A stretch of DNA of 64,000 nucleotides, taken from an uncultured Gemmatimonadales bacterium. Its GTDB lineage: Bacteria; Gemmatimonadota; Gemmatimonadetes; Longimicrobiales; RSA9. The notes under the pieces are model-generated. The model searched no databases, was not told the DNA's origin, and saw nothing but the letters and a program-made list of their open reading frames with translations. Below, one piece after another: positions 39,054 through 49,412 of the stretch. The first letter of the stretch is position 1. Each line of letters opens with the position of its first letter. The stretch spans positions 1,312,001 to 1,376,000 of the forward strand of contig CAVUKA010000001.1 in the NCBI GenBank assembly GCA_963741945.1. The letters are read 5' to 3'. Position numbers and translations under genes: made by a program.

Positions 39054-41126
39054 TCACCAGATCTTCACGCGCTGATCGGGCGCCACGTACATCCCGTCCC
39101 CGGGCTGTACGTCGAACGCGGCATCGAACGCCGGGAGGTGCCGCACGATGCCGTTGGTGCGGAACTCCCCGGGCGAGTGCGGGTCGGTCATGATCCGGTT
39201 GCGCAGTGCCGGGTCCGTGTAGAGGGTGCGCCAGATCTGGGCCCACCCCATGAAGAAGCGCTGATCGCCCGTCAGCCCGTCGATGGTCGGAGCCTGCTTC
39301 CCGCCGACGGCGATCCTGTACGCGTTGTACGCCACGGTCAGGCCGGACAGGTCGCCAATGTTCTCGCCCAGCGTGGTCTGTCCGTTCAGGTGCAGACCCG
39401 GGAGCGGCTCGTAGGCGCCATACTGCTTGATCAGCATGTCGGCGCGCTCCTGGAACGCCGACGCGTCATCGGCCGTCCACCAGTCCCGCAGGTTCCCCTC
39501 GCCGTCCGACTTCCGACCCTGGTCATCGAAGCCATGGCTGATCTCGTGACCGATCACCGCGCCGATGGCACCGTAGTTCACCGCGTCGTCCGCGGCGAAG
39601 TTGAAGAACGGCGGCTGCAGGATGGCGGCGGGGAACACGACCTCGTTCATGACGGGGTTGTAGTACGCGTTCACCATGTAGGGCGGCATGCCCCACTCGC
39701 TGCGGTCCACGGGCTTGCCCAGGCGGCTGATGTTGTCCTCGTAGCGGAAGTCGCGGACGCGCCGGAGGTTCGCCATCAGGTCACCTTCCCGGATGTCGAG
39801 CCCGGAGTAGTCCTCCCACTTGTCCGGGTAGCCGATCTTGGGCGTGAAGCTCGCCAGCTTCTTCTTCGCTTCCGCCTTCGTTGCGGGGCTCATCCACGCC
39901 AGCTGGTCGATCCCGCGGTCGAACGCCCGCAGGAGGTTGTGCACCAGCGTATCCATTCGCGCCTTCGCCTCGGGCGTGAAATGCCGTTCGACGTACAGCC
40001 GGCCCAGCACGTCCCGCACGGATCCGCCCACCAGGCCCACGCCATTCTTCCAGCGCGGGCGCTGCTCGGAGATCCCCTGCAGCACGCGGCCGTTGAAGTC
40101 GAAGCTGGCGTCCACGAAGCTCGAGCTGAGCATCGGCGCCGTGGCATCCAGGAGGTGGAACGCTTCGTACGCTTTCCACGTCTCGATCGGCGCCGAGCGC
40201 ACGATCTCCGGCAATGCCTCGAAGTACGTGGGCTGCGCCATGACCACTTCGGCCGCCGCCTCGAGCCCGGCGGCATCCAGGTACGCCGAAAGGTCCACGT
40301 CGCCCATCAGCGAGTCCGCTGCCGCCACCGTCATCTTGTTGTACGTGGCATCGCGGTCGCGGTTCTGGATCCGGGTCCAGTGCCGTTCCGCGATCGCCTT
40401 CTCGAGGTCGAACACCTTGCCGGCCTCCGATTCCGCGTTCGGCCAGCCGCCCAACGCGAGCATCCGGGCGATATGGCCGCGGTATGCCTCGCGGAGCTGG
40501 TCGAACTGGTCGCCGTCGCGGAAGTAGTAGTCCCGGTCCGGGAGCCCGAGCCCGCGCTGCCCCAGGTAGGTGATGTACCGATCCGACTGCTTCTGGTCCA
40601 CCGACACCCGCGAGCCGAACGGCGCCGCGCCCCCGGTGCGCGCCGCGTCGCCCCAGTACGTCGGCAGGTCCGCGTAGCTCTTCACCTCCGCGATGCGATC
40701 CAGCTCGGGACGGATCGCCTCAACGCCCAGCGCGTTGATCCGGGCCGTGTCCATGAAGCTGCGATAGAGCGCCCCCACCTTCTGCTGGTCGCTTCCCGCC
40801 GGCGCATCCCCCGCGCTCGCGGCTTCCTCGACGATCTCCTTCAGGTCCTGCTCCGCTTGGTCCGACAGCTCCGTGAACGAGCCATAGCTCGAACGGTCGG
40901 ACGGGATCGCCGTATTCTCCAGCCAGCCACCGTTCACGTAACGGTAGAAATCGTCCTGCGGCCGCACGCTCGTGTCGAAATTCTCCAGCCCGATCCCGCT
41001 CACCAGTCCCGACGCGGGCGACGATCCGACCGCCGCCGGCGTGGTCCGGACTTCCGGCTTCGCGCACGCCGCCGCGACCACCGTCGCAATGACCAGCGCG
41101 GCCGTCCTGCCGATGCTCCCTCGCAT
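39054..41126 (-). CDS. M13 family metallo-endopeptidase (PepO/neprilysin-like) lipoprotein
   Basis: PQDDFYRYVNGGW, LGLPDRDYY, VNAYY, HEISH, GENIGD and DPHSP motifs; lipobox AAAC. Confidence 0.95.
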   Translation of the reverse strand: MRGSIGRTAALVIATVVAAACAKPEVRTTPAAVGSSPASGLVSGIGLENFDTSVRPQDDFYRYVNGGWLENTAIPSDRSSYGSFTELSDQAEQDLKEIVEEAASAGDAPAGSDQQKVGALYRSFMDTARINALGVEAIRPELDRIAEVKSYADLPTYWGDAARTGGAAPFGSRVSVDQKQSDRYITYLGQRGLGLPDRDYYFRDGDQFDQLREAYRGHIARMLALGGWPNAESEAGKVFDLEKAIAERHWTRIQNRDRDATYNKMTVAAADSLMGDVDLSAYLDAAGLEAAAEVVMAQPTYFEALPEIVRSAPIETWKAYEAFHLLDATAPMLSSSFVDASFDFNGRVLQGISEQRPRWKNGVGLVGGSVRDVLGRLYVERHFTPEAKARMDTLVHNLLRAFDRGIDQLAWMSPATKAEAKKKLASFTPKIGYPDKWEDYSGLDIREGDLMANLRRVRDFRYEDNISRLGKPVDRSEWGMPPYMVNAYYNPVMNEVVFPAAILQPPFFNFAADDAVNYGAIGAVIGHEISHGFDDQGRKSDGEGNLRDWWTADDASAFQERADMLIKQYGAYEPLPGLHLNGQTTLGENIGDLSGLTVAYNAYRIAVGGKQAPTIDGLTGDQRFFMGWAQIWRTLYTDPALRNRIMTDPHSPGEFRTNGIVRHLPAFDAAFDVQPGDGMYVAPDQRVKIW

Positions 41127-41264
41127 TGATCCTCTTCCTCTGATCTGGTCCGCCGAGCCGGCCGGGTAGCCGGCCCTCTGCCGTACCCCCGTCGAACCGA
41201 CAGGGTCGCCGCCGTCCCAGACGTTGGACGCATCGGCCGGCCGGAATGTTGGAGGCGCAGGCCC

Positions 41265-41915
41265 TCAGCGGACCAGCACCCCCTCGATCCGCGGTGCGGT
41301 GGGTGGGAAGAACGTGTCGTCCCGGTAGGTCGAGAGCGGCGATGTGTCGAACCCGGCATCAGCCAGGATCCCCGCCGTGTCCCGGTCCAGGTGGCACCCG
41401 ACCGCCAGACGGGTCCACGCCGGGTCCAGACGCTCCTGCCATCGGGACAATGCGGTGCCCGGCTCCGCGGCCACGTGCTCCAGCACCAGCAGCCGCCCGC
41501 CCGGCCGCAGCACCCGCCGCGCTTCCGCCGCGGCCGCGCCCGGGTCGGGCACCGTGCACAGCGTCAGGAACGCCACGACGGTGTCGAAGCTGCCATCCTC
41601 GAACGGCAGCCTCTGCGCGTCCGCCTCCTCCAGCGTCACCCGGTACGGGAGCTCCGGCCCCGACCGGGCGCGAAGACGCCGGAGCCGGCGCTCCGCCCGG
41701 CGCAACACCGCCCGGTGTGGATCGATCCCGACCACCTCCCGCACCCCCGCCGGATACAGGCCCAGACCCGCTCCCGTGCCCACCCCGATCTCCAGCACCC
41801 GCCCGGTGGCGTGTTCCAGCAGCGCACGGCGGCGCTCGTCGAAATGCCCCGACACCCACTCCAGCAGGTGCGGGAACACGCGGTCCGTGTAGAACGAGCC
41901 CTTCCGCTCAGCCAT
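41265..41915 (-). CDS. Class I SAM-dependent methyltransferase
   Basis: VLEIGVGTG, LPFEDGSFDTVV, LCTV and RVLRPGG motifs. Confidence 0.9.
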   Translation of the reverse strand: MAERKGSFYTDRVFPHLLEWVSGHFDERRRALLEHATGRVLEIGVGTGAGLGLYPAGVREVVGIDPHRAVLRRAERRLRRLRARSGPELPYRVTLEEADAQRLPFEDGSFDTVVAFLTLCTVPDPGAAAAEARRVLRPGGRLLVLEHVAAEPGTALSRWQERLDPAWTRLAVGCHLDRDTAGILADAGFDTSPLSTYRDDTFFPPTAPRIEGVLVR

Positions 41916-42093
41916 GCCAGGCCATCTCCCGGGAATCGCGAACCCCTTCCTTCACTCCACCCCCATCGTAACGGATTCCATGACGACCGGCCTCCGGCGC
42001 AAGCCCCGCGCCGCCGACGGCGGCGGGGTGTGCTATGGCGCGGTCGGGACCCCGGCCGCAGCTTTCACGAAACGTTCCTGCGGAGGAATCGCG

Positions 42094-42705
42094 ATGAAGG
42101 CGAGAACAATGGTGGTGGTGGCCGCGCTGCTTGCCACGGGTGGTGTCACGGCCGCATGTGCCGGTGGCGGGGATCCGGGGATGAGCGAGGACACGAGGGC
42201 GGCGGTGGCGGAGGCGGGTGATACGGCCGCCATGACCCTGGTCCGTACGTTGGGCGGACGGCTGAACGCGGCGCTGGCCAACGGCGGTCCGGCCGAAGCC
42301 GTGGCGTTCTGCTCCGGAGAGGCGCAAACGCTCACGGACAGTGTGTCGCAGTCGCTGGGGCCGGGCTGGGAGGTCAAGCGCACCACGCTGCGCACGCGGA
42401 ACCCGAAGAACGCGCCGGACTCCCTGGAAGCGGAAGCGCTGGAGTACTTCGCGGCGCGGCAGGAGGAGGCGAGTCCGCCATCGTCCTACGTGCAGCGGAC
42501 GCCGGCCGGCAGCTACCGGTACTACATGCCGCTGCGCATCGGGCACATGTGCCTGGAATGCCACGGCGAGGCGGCGACGCTGGACCCTGCGGTGCGCGAA
42601 GTCCTGTCGGAGCGTTATCCGCTGGACCAGGCCACGGGCTACCATGAGGGCGATTTCCGGGGCGTGGTACGGGTCACGGTTCCGCCGGAGGCGGTGGGAC
42701 GGTAG
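42094..42705 (+). CDS. DUF3365 (Tll0287-like) monoheme c-type cytochrome lipoprotein
   Basis: Lipobox TAAC; RNPKNAPD, CLECHG, YPLDQATGY and GDFRG motifs. Confidence 0.85.
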   Translation: MKARTMVVVAALLATGGVTAACAGGGDPGMSEDTRAAVAEAGDTAAMTLVRTLGGRLNAALANGGPAEAVAFCSGEAQTLTDSVSQSLGPGWEVKRTTLRTRNPKNAPDSLEAEALEYFAARQEEASPPSSYVQRTPAGSYRYYMPLRIGHMCLECHGEAATLDPAVREVLSERYPLDQATGYHEGDFRGVVRVTVPPEAVGR

Positions 42706-42718
42706 CGGGCGGCGCGCG

Positions 42719-43750
42719 ATGACCGGATCTCCCCAGGAGTCGGTGACGCACCCGGAAGAGCCGTGTCGCAACTGTGGCGACCCGACGCCGGGGCAGTACT
42801 GCCCCACGTGCGGGCAGCGCAAGACGGATGTCCGCGTGTCGGTCCGCACCATGCTCCTGGACGTGCTGGAGGACCAGTTCGTCCTGGACAAGCGGCTCCC
42901 GCGCACCCTGGCGGGGCTCTTCCTCCACCCCGGCTTTCTGACCGTGGAGCACATCGCCGGGCGCATCGTGCGCTACGTACGCCCGCTCAAGCTCTACCTG
43001 GCCGGCAGCGTGATCTTCTTTCTCGCCCTCTCCTTCTTCAGCCTGAGGGCGCTGGAGCGGGCGGACTTCGATGAAACAGGGCCGGAAGCGGCGGCGGCTT
43101 CGGACTCGGCGGCGATCGCGCGGATGGACGTGCTGCTCGCCGACTCGTCGCTCCCCGACGCCACCCGGGCCACGATCCGCGGCTCCCGGGACAGCCTGCT
43201 GGCCCGGCTGGAAGGCGCCGATACGGCCGCCACGCCGGACACGTCGGTGGTGAGCGACCGCTGGCTCAGGATCGTGCCGGTGCACACGGGCATCGACCAG
43301 GTGGACTCCGTGCTCACGCGGCGGATCCGGGAGCTCGGGGCGATGCAGCCGCGGCAGGCGGTGCAGCGGGTCGCCCGCGGCTTCTTCGGCTACATCCCCA
43401 CCGTCATGTTCATCCTGCTGCCGATCTTCGCCCTCGTGCTGAAGCTCCTCTACATCCGCCAGGGTCGCTATTACGCGGAGCATTTCGTCTTTCTGCTCCA
43501 CGCTCATTCGTTCCTCTTCCTGATCTTCACGGCGATGCTGCTCATCGGGCAGGCGGGGCTTCTGGGCGGCTGGGTCGAGCTGGGGCTCTTCATCTGGATC
43601 GGCGTCTATCTCCTGCTCGCCATGCGCCGCGTCTATGGCCAGGGGTGGGGCATGACGTTCGTGAAATGGTGGTCGCTGGCCTGGATCTATTTCTGGGTGC
43701 TCGTGGCCACCGTGCCCCTCGCCTTCATGGCGACGATCCTCCTGGCCTGA
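42719..43750 (+). CDS. DUF3667-domain membrane protein
   Basis: N-terminal CRNCG...YCPTCGQ, PGFLT..RYVRPLKLY, YYAEHFVF and multiple TM helices. Confidence 0.85.
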   Translation: MTGSPQESVTHPEEPCRNCGDPTPGQYCPTCGQRKTDVRVSVRTMLLDVLEDQFVLDKRLPRTLAGLFLHPGFLTVEHIAGRIVRYVRPLKLYLAGSVIFFLALSFFSLRALERADFDETGPEAAAASDSAAIARMDVLLADSSLPDATRATIRGSRDSLLARLEGADTAATPDTSVVSDRWLRIVPVHTGIDQVDSVLTRRIRELGAMQPRQAVQRVARGFFGYIPTVMFILLPIFALVLKLLYIRQGRYYAEHFVFLLHAHSFLFLIFTAMLLIGQAGLLGGWVELGLFIWIGVYLLLAMRRVYGQGWGMTFVKWWSLAWIYFWVLVATVPLAFMATILLA

Positions 43751-44906
43751 CGCCGCCCTCCCCCGCCCGCCGCAGCCGGTCCAGCGAGTACTCCGTCCCC
43801 CGCCATTCGATGGAGCCGCGGGACACCGCGCGCAGCGCTGCGGCCCACACGATCCAGAGGAACGTGGCCGCGGCCAGCGGATACGCCGCGCCGGTCCACG
43901 CCGGCAGCCCGTACTCCCGGGCGATGGCCCCCGTGATCACGGCGCCCGTGAGCAGCACGGTCAGGTTCAGCCACCACGTTGCGCCCGTGGTGACGAGGAG
44001 CGCCGTCAGCGGCCAGAAGATCAGCAGCAGCGGGAGCACTGTGCCCGCGGCGACCAGGGAAAGGCGGTAGCGCGCCACGGCGAAGACGTTCTTGCGGAGC
44101 CCCCGCGCCATGGCCCCGACGGAAGGGTACCATTCCACTTCCACGCGCCCCGCGCCGGACGCCGCCGCCTGCCGGTACCCGGCGCGTTTGAGGGCACGGC
44201 CCAGCCGGACGTCATCGTCCGGGCGCAGCGCCACGGTCCGGTGCCCGCCCACGGCGCGGTAGGCGTCCGCCCGCACCAGGTTGAACGCGCCCACGCCGAT
44301 GAACCAGGGACTCCGCGGATCGGCGGCCTTCCACGGCCGGAAGAACGTCGAGAAGACCACCACGAAGACCGCCACCACGGCCCGCGCCCACGGGCTTCCG
44401 GCATCGAGCCGCGGCGCCACGGCCAGGTGGTCCAGCCGCCGGTCCAGCAGCAGGGCCACGGCGCTGCGGAGCGCGTCCGGCTTCATCAGGACGTCGGCAT
44501 CCGTGAACAGGATCAGCTCGCCCGTGGCCATCTCCGCCCCCCGCTGCAGCGCGTGGTTCTTCCCCAGCCACCCGTCGGGCAGCTCCCGGACATGGAGGAC
44601 CCGCAGGCGAGGATGGCCCATCTGGTCCAGGATCTCGCCCGTCCCGTCGGTGGAGCGGTCGTCCACGGCCACGACATCGAAGTCCGGGTAGTCCTGACGC
44701 AGGAGAGTGAGCGCGGCCCGGGCGATGTGGAGGGCCTCGTCGCGGGCGGCCACCACGATGGAAACGGTGGGGAGCGCTCCAGGCCCGGGGCTCGGCGCGT
44801 CCCCGAGCCGCGGGAGCGACGCGAGGCCGCGCACGAGGTCGAGCCCGAGGAGCAGGCTGGCAGCGCACGTGACCAGGGCCAGGACCAGGAACAGGGCGGA
44901 AATCAG
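43725..44906 (-). CDS. Family 2 glycosyltransferase (membrane-bound)
   Basis: VSIVVAARDE, VDDRSTDGT, GWLGKNHA, FTDAD, GAFNLV and PDDD motifs; start codon uncertain (possibly CTG at 44906). Confidence 0.88.
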   Translation of the reverse strand: MISALFLVLALVTCAASLLLGLDLVRGLASLPRLGDAPSPGPGALPTVSIVVAARDEALHIARAALTLLRQDYPDFDVVAVDDRSTDGTGEILDQMGHPRLRVLHVRELPDGWLGKNHALQRGAEMATGELILFTDADVLMKPDALRSAVALLLDRRLDHLAVAPRLDAGSPWARAVVAVFVVVFSTFFRPWKAADPRSPWFIGVGAFNLVRADAYRAVGGHRTVALRPDDDVRLGRALKRAGYRQAAASGAGRVEVEWYPSVGAMARGLRKNVFAVARYRLSLVAAGTVLPLLLIFWPLTALLVTTGATWWLNLTVLLTGAVITGAIAREYGLPAWTGAAYPLAAATFLWIVWAAALRAVSRGSIEWRGTEYSLDRLRRAGEGGVRPGGSSP

Positions 44907-44926
44907 CGGGAGCCCTCCGTCGCCGG

Positions 44927-45337
44927 CTAACGCCGCCGCTCCACGCGCCGGACCACGGTGGCGTGCAGCAGCAGGAGGAGTCCGAGCACCGCCACGCCCG
45001 AGGGGTAGACCAGCCACCACTCCTGGAGGAAATGGCGGTGGCCCCAGATGCCGGACGTGGTCAGGTCCCACACCAGCGTCCACGCCAGGATCCAGACGAG
45101 CAGCGGCAGCCACTGGCGCACCACGTCAGCCACCGAGCCGACCCGCATGGCCGGGAACCAGAACGCCACGACCAGGATGGCGGCGTTCAGGGCGTAGACC
45201 CCGGGCAGCGCGCCCTGGTCTCCGCCGGCAGCGGCGAAGTACCCGGACACGAGGACCACGGCCAGGAGCGAGGCCGCCACACCCCGCCGTCCGCGCCACA
45301 CCTCGATGCCGTCACTGCCGCCTGTCCGAGAATCCAT
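44927..45337 (-). CDS. Hypothetical membrane protein
   Basis: Four hydrophobic segments; sits between ispG and GT2 on the same strand. Confidence 0.65.
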   Translation of the reverse strand: MDSRTGGSDGIEVWRGRRGVAASLLAVVLVSGYFAAAGGDQGALPGVYALNAAILVVAFWFPAMRVGSVADVVRQWLPLLVWILAWTLVWDLTTSGIWGHRHFLQEWWLVYPSGVAVLGLLLLLHATVVRRVERRR

Positions 45338-45380
45338 GGGTCTCCGGTTCCCCCTCACCTCTCTGCAGGGCGCGCCCCCG

Positions 45381-46592
45381 CTACCGTCGGGCGAAGCGCC
45401 GCTCCACGTATCGGTCGAGGATCACTTTGAACTCCTCCACCAGGCCTTCTCCCTTCAGCGTGGTGTAGAGCTCGCCATCCACGTACACGGGCGCCTTCGG
45501 CTCTTCGAACGTGCCCGGCAGGCTGATCCCGATGTGGGCGTGCTTCGACTCGCCCGGCCCGTTCACCACGCAGCCCATCACGGCCAGCCGGAGCTCCTCC
45601 ACGCCCGGGTACAGGACCCGCCATTCGGACATCCGGTCGCGCGTGTACGCCTGGATCTCCTCCGCCATCTTCTGGAAGAACGTGCTCGTGGTCCGGCCGC
45701 AGCCGGGGCACGAGGTCACCTGCGGCACGAAGCTCCGGATCCCCAGGGACTGCAGGATCTGCTGCGCCACGCGAACCTCCTCGGCGCGGTCACCCCCGGG
45801 ACGGGGCGTGAGCGAAACGCGGATGGTGTCGCCGATCCCCTCCTGGAGCAGGATGCTCAGCCCGGCCGTGGTGGCGACCACGCCCTTCGTCCCCATCCCC
45901 GCTTCCGTGAGCCCGAGGTGCAGCGGGTAGTCGCACCTGGACGCCAGCTTCCGATAGATCTCCACCAGGTCCTGGACACCGCTCACCTTCGCGCTCAACA
46001 CGATCCGGTCGTGCTCCAGCCCCGTCTCCTCGGCCAGCGCGGCGGAGCGGAGCGCGCTCTCGATCATCGCCTCCATCATCACGCTGCGCGCGTTCAGCGG
46101 CGCCGCGCTGCGCGCGTTGGCGTCCATCATCTCGGTGAGCAGCTGCTGGTCCAGCGAGCCCCAGTTCACGCCGATGCGCACCGGCTTTCCCCGGTCCACG
46201 GCGATCCGGACGATGGTCTGGAAGTTCTCGTCGCGACGCTTCGCCCCCACGTTCCCCGGGTTGATCCGGTACTTGGCCAGCGCGTCCGCCGCTCCCGGGT
46301 GCCGCGCCAGCAGCAGGTGGCCGTTGTAGTGGAAGTCGCCCACGATCGGGACGTTCAGCCCCGCGTCGGCCAGACGGGCGACGATCTCCGGCACCGCCCG
46401 CGCCGCCTCGTCATTGTTCACCGTCACCCGCACCAGCTGGCTGCCGGACCCGCGCAGCAACGCCACCTGCTCCGCCGTGGCCGCCGCATCCGCGGTGTCC
46501 GTGTTGGTCATGGACTGGACCACAATCGGGTGAGTCGAGCCCACCATCACGCCACCCACGTCCACCGCCACCGTCTGCCGTCGCTCGATCAC
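45381..46592 (-). CDS. ispG: (E)-4-hydroxy-3-methylbut-2-enyl-diphosphate synthase
   Basis: [41 protein letters not shown] and [10 protein letters not shown] motifs. Confidence 0.97.
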   Translation of the reverse strand: MIERRQTVAVDVGGVMVGSTHPIVVQSMTNTDTADAAATAEQVALLRGSGSQLVRVTVNNDEAARAVPEIVARLADAGLNVPIVGDFHYNGHLLLARHPGAADALAKYRINPGNVGAKRRDENFQTIVRIAVDRGKPVRIGVNWGSLDQQLLTEMMDANARSAAPLNARSVMMEAMIESALRSAALAEETGLEHDRIVLSAKVSGVQDLVEIYRKLASRCDYPLHLGLTEAGMGTKGVVATTAGLSILLQEGIGDTIRVSLTPRPGGDRAEEVRVAQQILQSLGIRSFVPQVTSCPGCGRTTSTFFQKMAEEIQAYTRDRMSEWRVLYPGVEELRLAVMGCVVNGPGESKHAHIGISLPGTFEEPKAPVYVDGELYTTLKGEGLVEEFKVILDRYVERRFARR

Positions 46593-46764
46593 GCTCTGTT
46601 TCCTGCGAAGTCCATTGGGAGCGCCGGGAAGCTACCCGGCGGCTCGGGCCGGACCAGGTGATACACCGCGCGCGCGCCCGGGCTCCGCCCCCACACGGGC
46701 GAGCTCGGCCCGCACGTGGCCCGGCCCTGGCGACGCCATGACGCCATCCTCCCGAGGGCCGCCC

Positions 46765-48147
46765 TCAGATCCCGCGCAGCTGCACGGCCGTCGCCACGCG
46801 CCCGATGGCGACCACGAACGCGGCCGTCCGCATGGAGACATCGTGCTCCCGCGCGGCTCCACGGACTTCGTCCCACGCCCGCGCCATCCCGGCCGTCAGC
46901 TCGTTGTCCACTCTCTCGGCCGACCACCGGAACTGCTGGAGGTTCTGCACCCACTCGAAGTACGACGCCGTCACGCCACCGGCGTTGGCCAGGATGTCCG
47001 GCACCACCCGGATCCCGCGCTCTTCCAGGATGGCGTCGGCCGCGGGCGTGGTGGGCGCGTTCGCGCCTTCGACCACCAGCTTCGCCCGCACGTTGCGGGC
47101 GTTCCAGCGCGTGATCACGTTCCCCAGCGCGGCGGGGACCAGCACGTCCACGTCCAGCTCGAGCAGCTCGGCATTGCTCACCTGCTCTGCGCCATCGCCG
47201 TACGCCACCACGCTCTCCCCCGCATCGACCATCTCCCGCAGCCTCGCCACGTCCAGACCGTCGCCGCGGAACACGCCCCCGCTCACATCACTCACCGCCA
47301 CCACCCGCGCCCCGAGCTCGGAGAGGAAATGCGCGCTCCAGCTGCCGACGTTCCCGAATCCCTGCACGGCCACGCGGGCGCCCTCCAGCGGGAAGCCCTC
47401 GTCCTCCGCCGCGCGGGCGGCGATCACCGACACGCCCCGCCCCGTGGCGGAGATGCGACCGGGGGAGCCGCCCACTTCCAGCGGCTTTCCGGTGACCACG
47501 GCCGGCGTGAAGCCGCGGAACTTCGAGTATTCGTCCACGATCCACGCCATGACCTGCGGATTCGTGTTCACATCGGGTGCTGGGATGTCCTCGTTCGGAC
47601 CGATGAACTGGTGGATCCGGTCCACGAACGTGCGGGTGATCCGCTCCACGTCCGCGCGGGAGAAGTCACCGGGATCGATGTCCACGCCCCCCTTCGCGCC
47701 GCCATACGGGATGTCCATCACCGCCGTCTTCCACGTCATGAGCGACGCCAGCGCACGCGCTTCGTCCAGGTCGACGTCCGGGTGGTAGCGCAGCCCGCCC
47801 TTCATCGGACCCCGGGCGTTGTTGTGCTGCACCCGGTAGCCGTGGAACGTGCGGATGTCACCATCGTCGCTCACCAGCGGGATCTCCACCATGACTTCAC
47901 GATACGGCGTCTTCAGCGCCACCTGCAGGTGCTCCGACACACCCAGGAGCCGAGCCGCGCAGTCGAACTGGAAGTTCACCGCATCGAACGGCGTCATCTC
48001 GTCCGCCGGCGGGTGCGCCTCCGCCCGGGCCGGCGACTCCGCCGTGCGCAGCGTCTTCCGCTCCGCACCCCGATGCCCGCTCGGCCCCGCACCATCGCCG
48101 GTCCCCGCATCGCCACTCGTGGCCCTGCCCGTCGCTTGCTCCGCCAT
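46765..48147 (-). CDS. gdhA: Glu/Leu/Phe/Val dehydrogenase (probably glutamate dehydrogenase)
   Basis: GPMKGGLRY, MTWK, GGAKGG, PAPD, QGFGNVG, EGAN and SYFEWVQN motifs. Confidence 0.9.
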   Translation of the reverse strand: MAEQATGRATSGDAGTGDGAGPSGHRGAERKTLRTAESPARAEAHPPADEMTPFDAVNFQFDCAARLLGVSEHLQVALKTPYREVMVEIPLVSDDGDIRTFHGYRVQHNNARGPMKGGLRYHPDVDLDEARALASLMTWKTAVMDIPYGGAKGGVDIDPGDFSRADVERITRTFVDRIHQFIGPNEDIPAPDVNTNPQVMAWIVDEYSKFRGFTPAVVTGKPLEVGGSPGRISATGRGVSVIAARAAEDEGFPLEGARVAVQGFGNVGSWSAHFLSELGARVVAVSDVSGGVFRGDGLDVARLREMVDAGESVVAYGDGAEQVSNAELLELDVDVLVPAALGNVITRWNARNVRAKLVVEGANAPTTPAADAILEERGIRVVPDILANAGGVTASYFEWVQNLQQFRWSAERVDNELTAGMARAWDEVRGAAREHDVSMRTAAFVVAIGRVATAVQLRGI

Positions 48148-48749
48148 CACCCCGCCTCCAGATCCTCTTCGATCGTGGCGAGCGTGGCCGTGCGCGCCCC
48201 CGCTCGCATCATCTCGTCCAGCGCCCTGGCCTCGTCCCCGGGCTCCACGTCGATCCCCTGGATCGCGTCCAGCAGGACCACGGGCTCGATGCCCCGCTCG
48301 ATGGCGTCCAGCACTGTCGCGCGGACGCAATAGTCCGTGGCCAGACCCGCCACATACAGGCGACGCACCCCCCGAGCTTTCAGCGCCTCCGACAGCCCGC
48401 GCCCGTCCTCTGACGTCGCCTCGAACGCCGAGTAGCCGTCGTCGCGCGGATTGGTCCCCTTCGACATCACCACCGTCCCCTCCGGCAGCCGGAGATCCGG
48501 GTGGAACGCGGCGCCCGGCGTCCCCGCCACGCAGTGGGCCGGCCACGGGCCGCCCATCGCCCGGAAATGCCGCGTCTCTTCCGGATGCCAGTCCCGGGAC
48601 GCGAACACCGGGAGACGCCGCCGGTTGAAGCGCTCCGCGTACTCGTTCACCACGGCCACCACGCGGTCTCCGGCGGGCACCCCGAGGGCGCCGTCAGGGC
48701 AGAAATCGTTCTGCACGTCCACGATCAGCAATGCGTCGGTCGAAGGCAT
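48147..48749 (-). CDS. pncA: Nicotinamidase/pyrazinamidase
   Basis: IVDVQNDFC, RDWHP, WPAHCV, YSAF and GLATDYCV motifs. Confidence 0.93.
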   Translation of the reverse strand: MPSTDALLIVDVQNDFCPDGALGVPAGDRVVAVVNEYAERFNRRRLPVFASRDWHPEETRHFRAMGGPWPAHCVAGTPGAAFHPDLRLPEGTVVMSKGTNPRDDGYSAFEATSEDGRGLSEALKARGVRRLYVAGLATDYCVRATVLDAIERGIEPVVLLDAIQGIDVEPGDEARALDEMMRAGARTATLATIEEDLEAG

Positions 48750-48940
48750 GAGCTCCCCGGCACTTGATGCACGAACCGCTCCGCCCCAACGTAGCGGGCG
48801 TGGCCACGGCGGCCAACGCACGGCCGTGTGCGGCGCCGGCCCTGCGCGCGGGCGCGTGTGCACGCCGGCGCAAACTGGCACAATAATGGCACGGCCTTGA
48901 GCGGTTCGAAGCGCCAAGGAGTCGCGACCGGGGGAGCACC

Positions 48941-49411
48941 ATGCCAGAGCGGGGTGAACAGGCGCCGGACTTCTCGCTGCGCGGGGTCGACCCGGCAGGC
49001 GAGGAGACAGGAGTCACATTGTCCGACCTGGAGGGCAGGCGGGTCGTGCTGTACTTCTATCCCAAGGATGATACTCCGGGCTGCACCACGCAGGCGTGCG
49101 GCATCCGGGACGAGTGGCCCGCGTTCGAGGGAACCGACGCTGTGGTCCTCGGCGTCAGCCCCGATGACGTGGAATCACATCGCCGCTTCTCCAGCAAGTT
49201 CGAGCTTCCATTCACGCTCCTTTCCGATACGGACCATTCGGTGGCGGAGGCGTACGGTGTATGGAAGGAGCGCTCGATATACGGCAGGAAGTCCATGGGG
49301 ATCGAACGCTCGACGTTCGTGATCGACGAGGACGGAAAGATCGCCCGCGCCTTCCGCCGTGTCCGCCCCAAGCAGCACGCCGAACAGGTGCTCGAGGTCC
49401 TCGGCGCCTGA
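48941..49411 (+). CDS. bcp: Thioredoxin-dependent peroxiredoxin Bcp
   Basis: LYFYPKDDTPGCTTQAC and IERSTFVID motifs. Confidence 0.95.
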   Translation: MPERGEQAPDFSLRGVDPAGEETGVTLSDLEGRRVVLYFYPKDDTPGCTTQACGIRDEWPAFEGTDAVVLGVSPDDVESHRRFSSKFELPFTLLSDTDHSVAEAYGVWKERSIYGRKSMGIERSTFVIDEDGKIARAFRRVRPKQHAEQVLEVLGA

Positions 49412-49412
49412 C

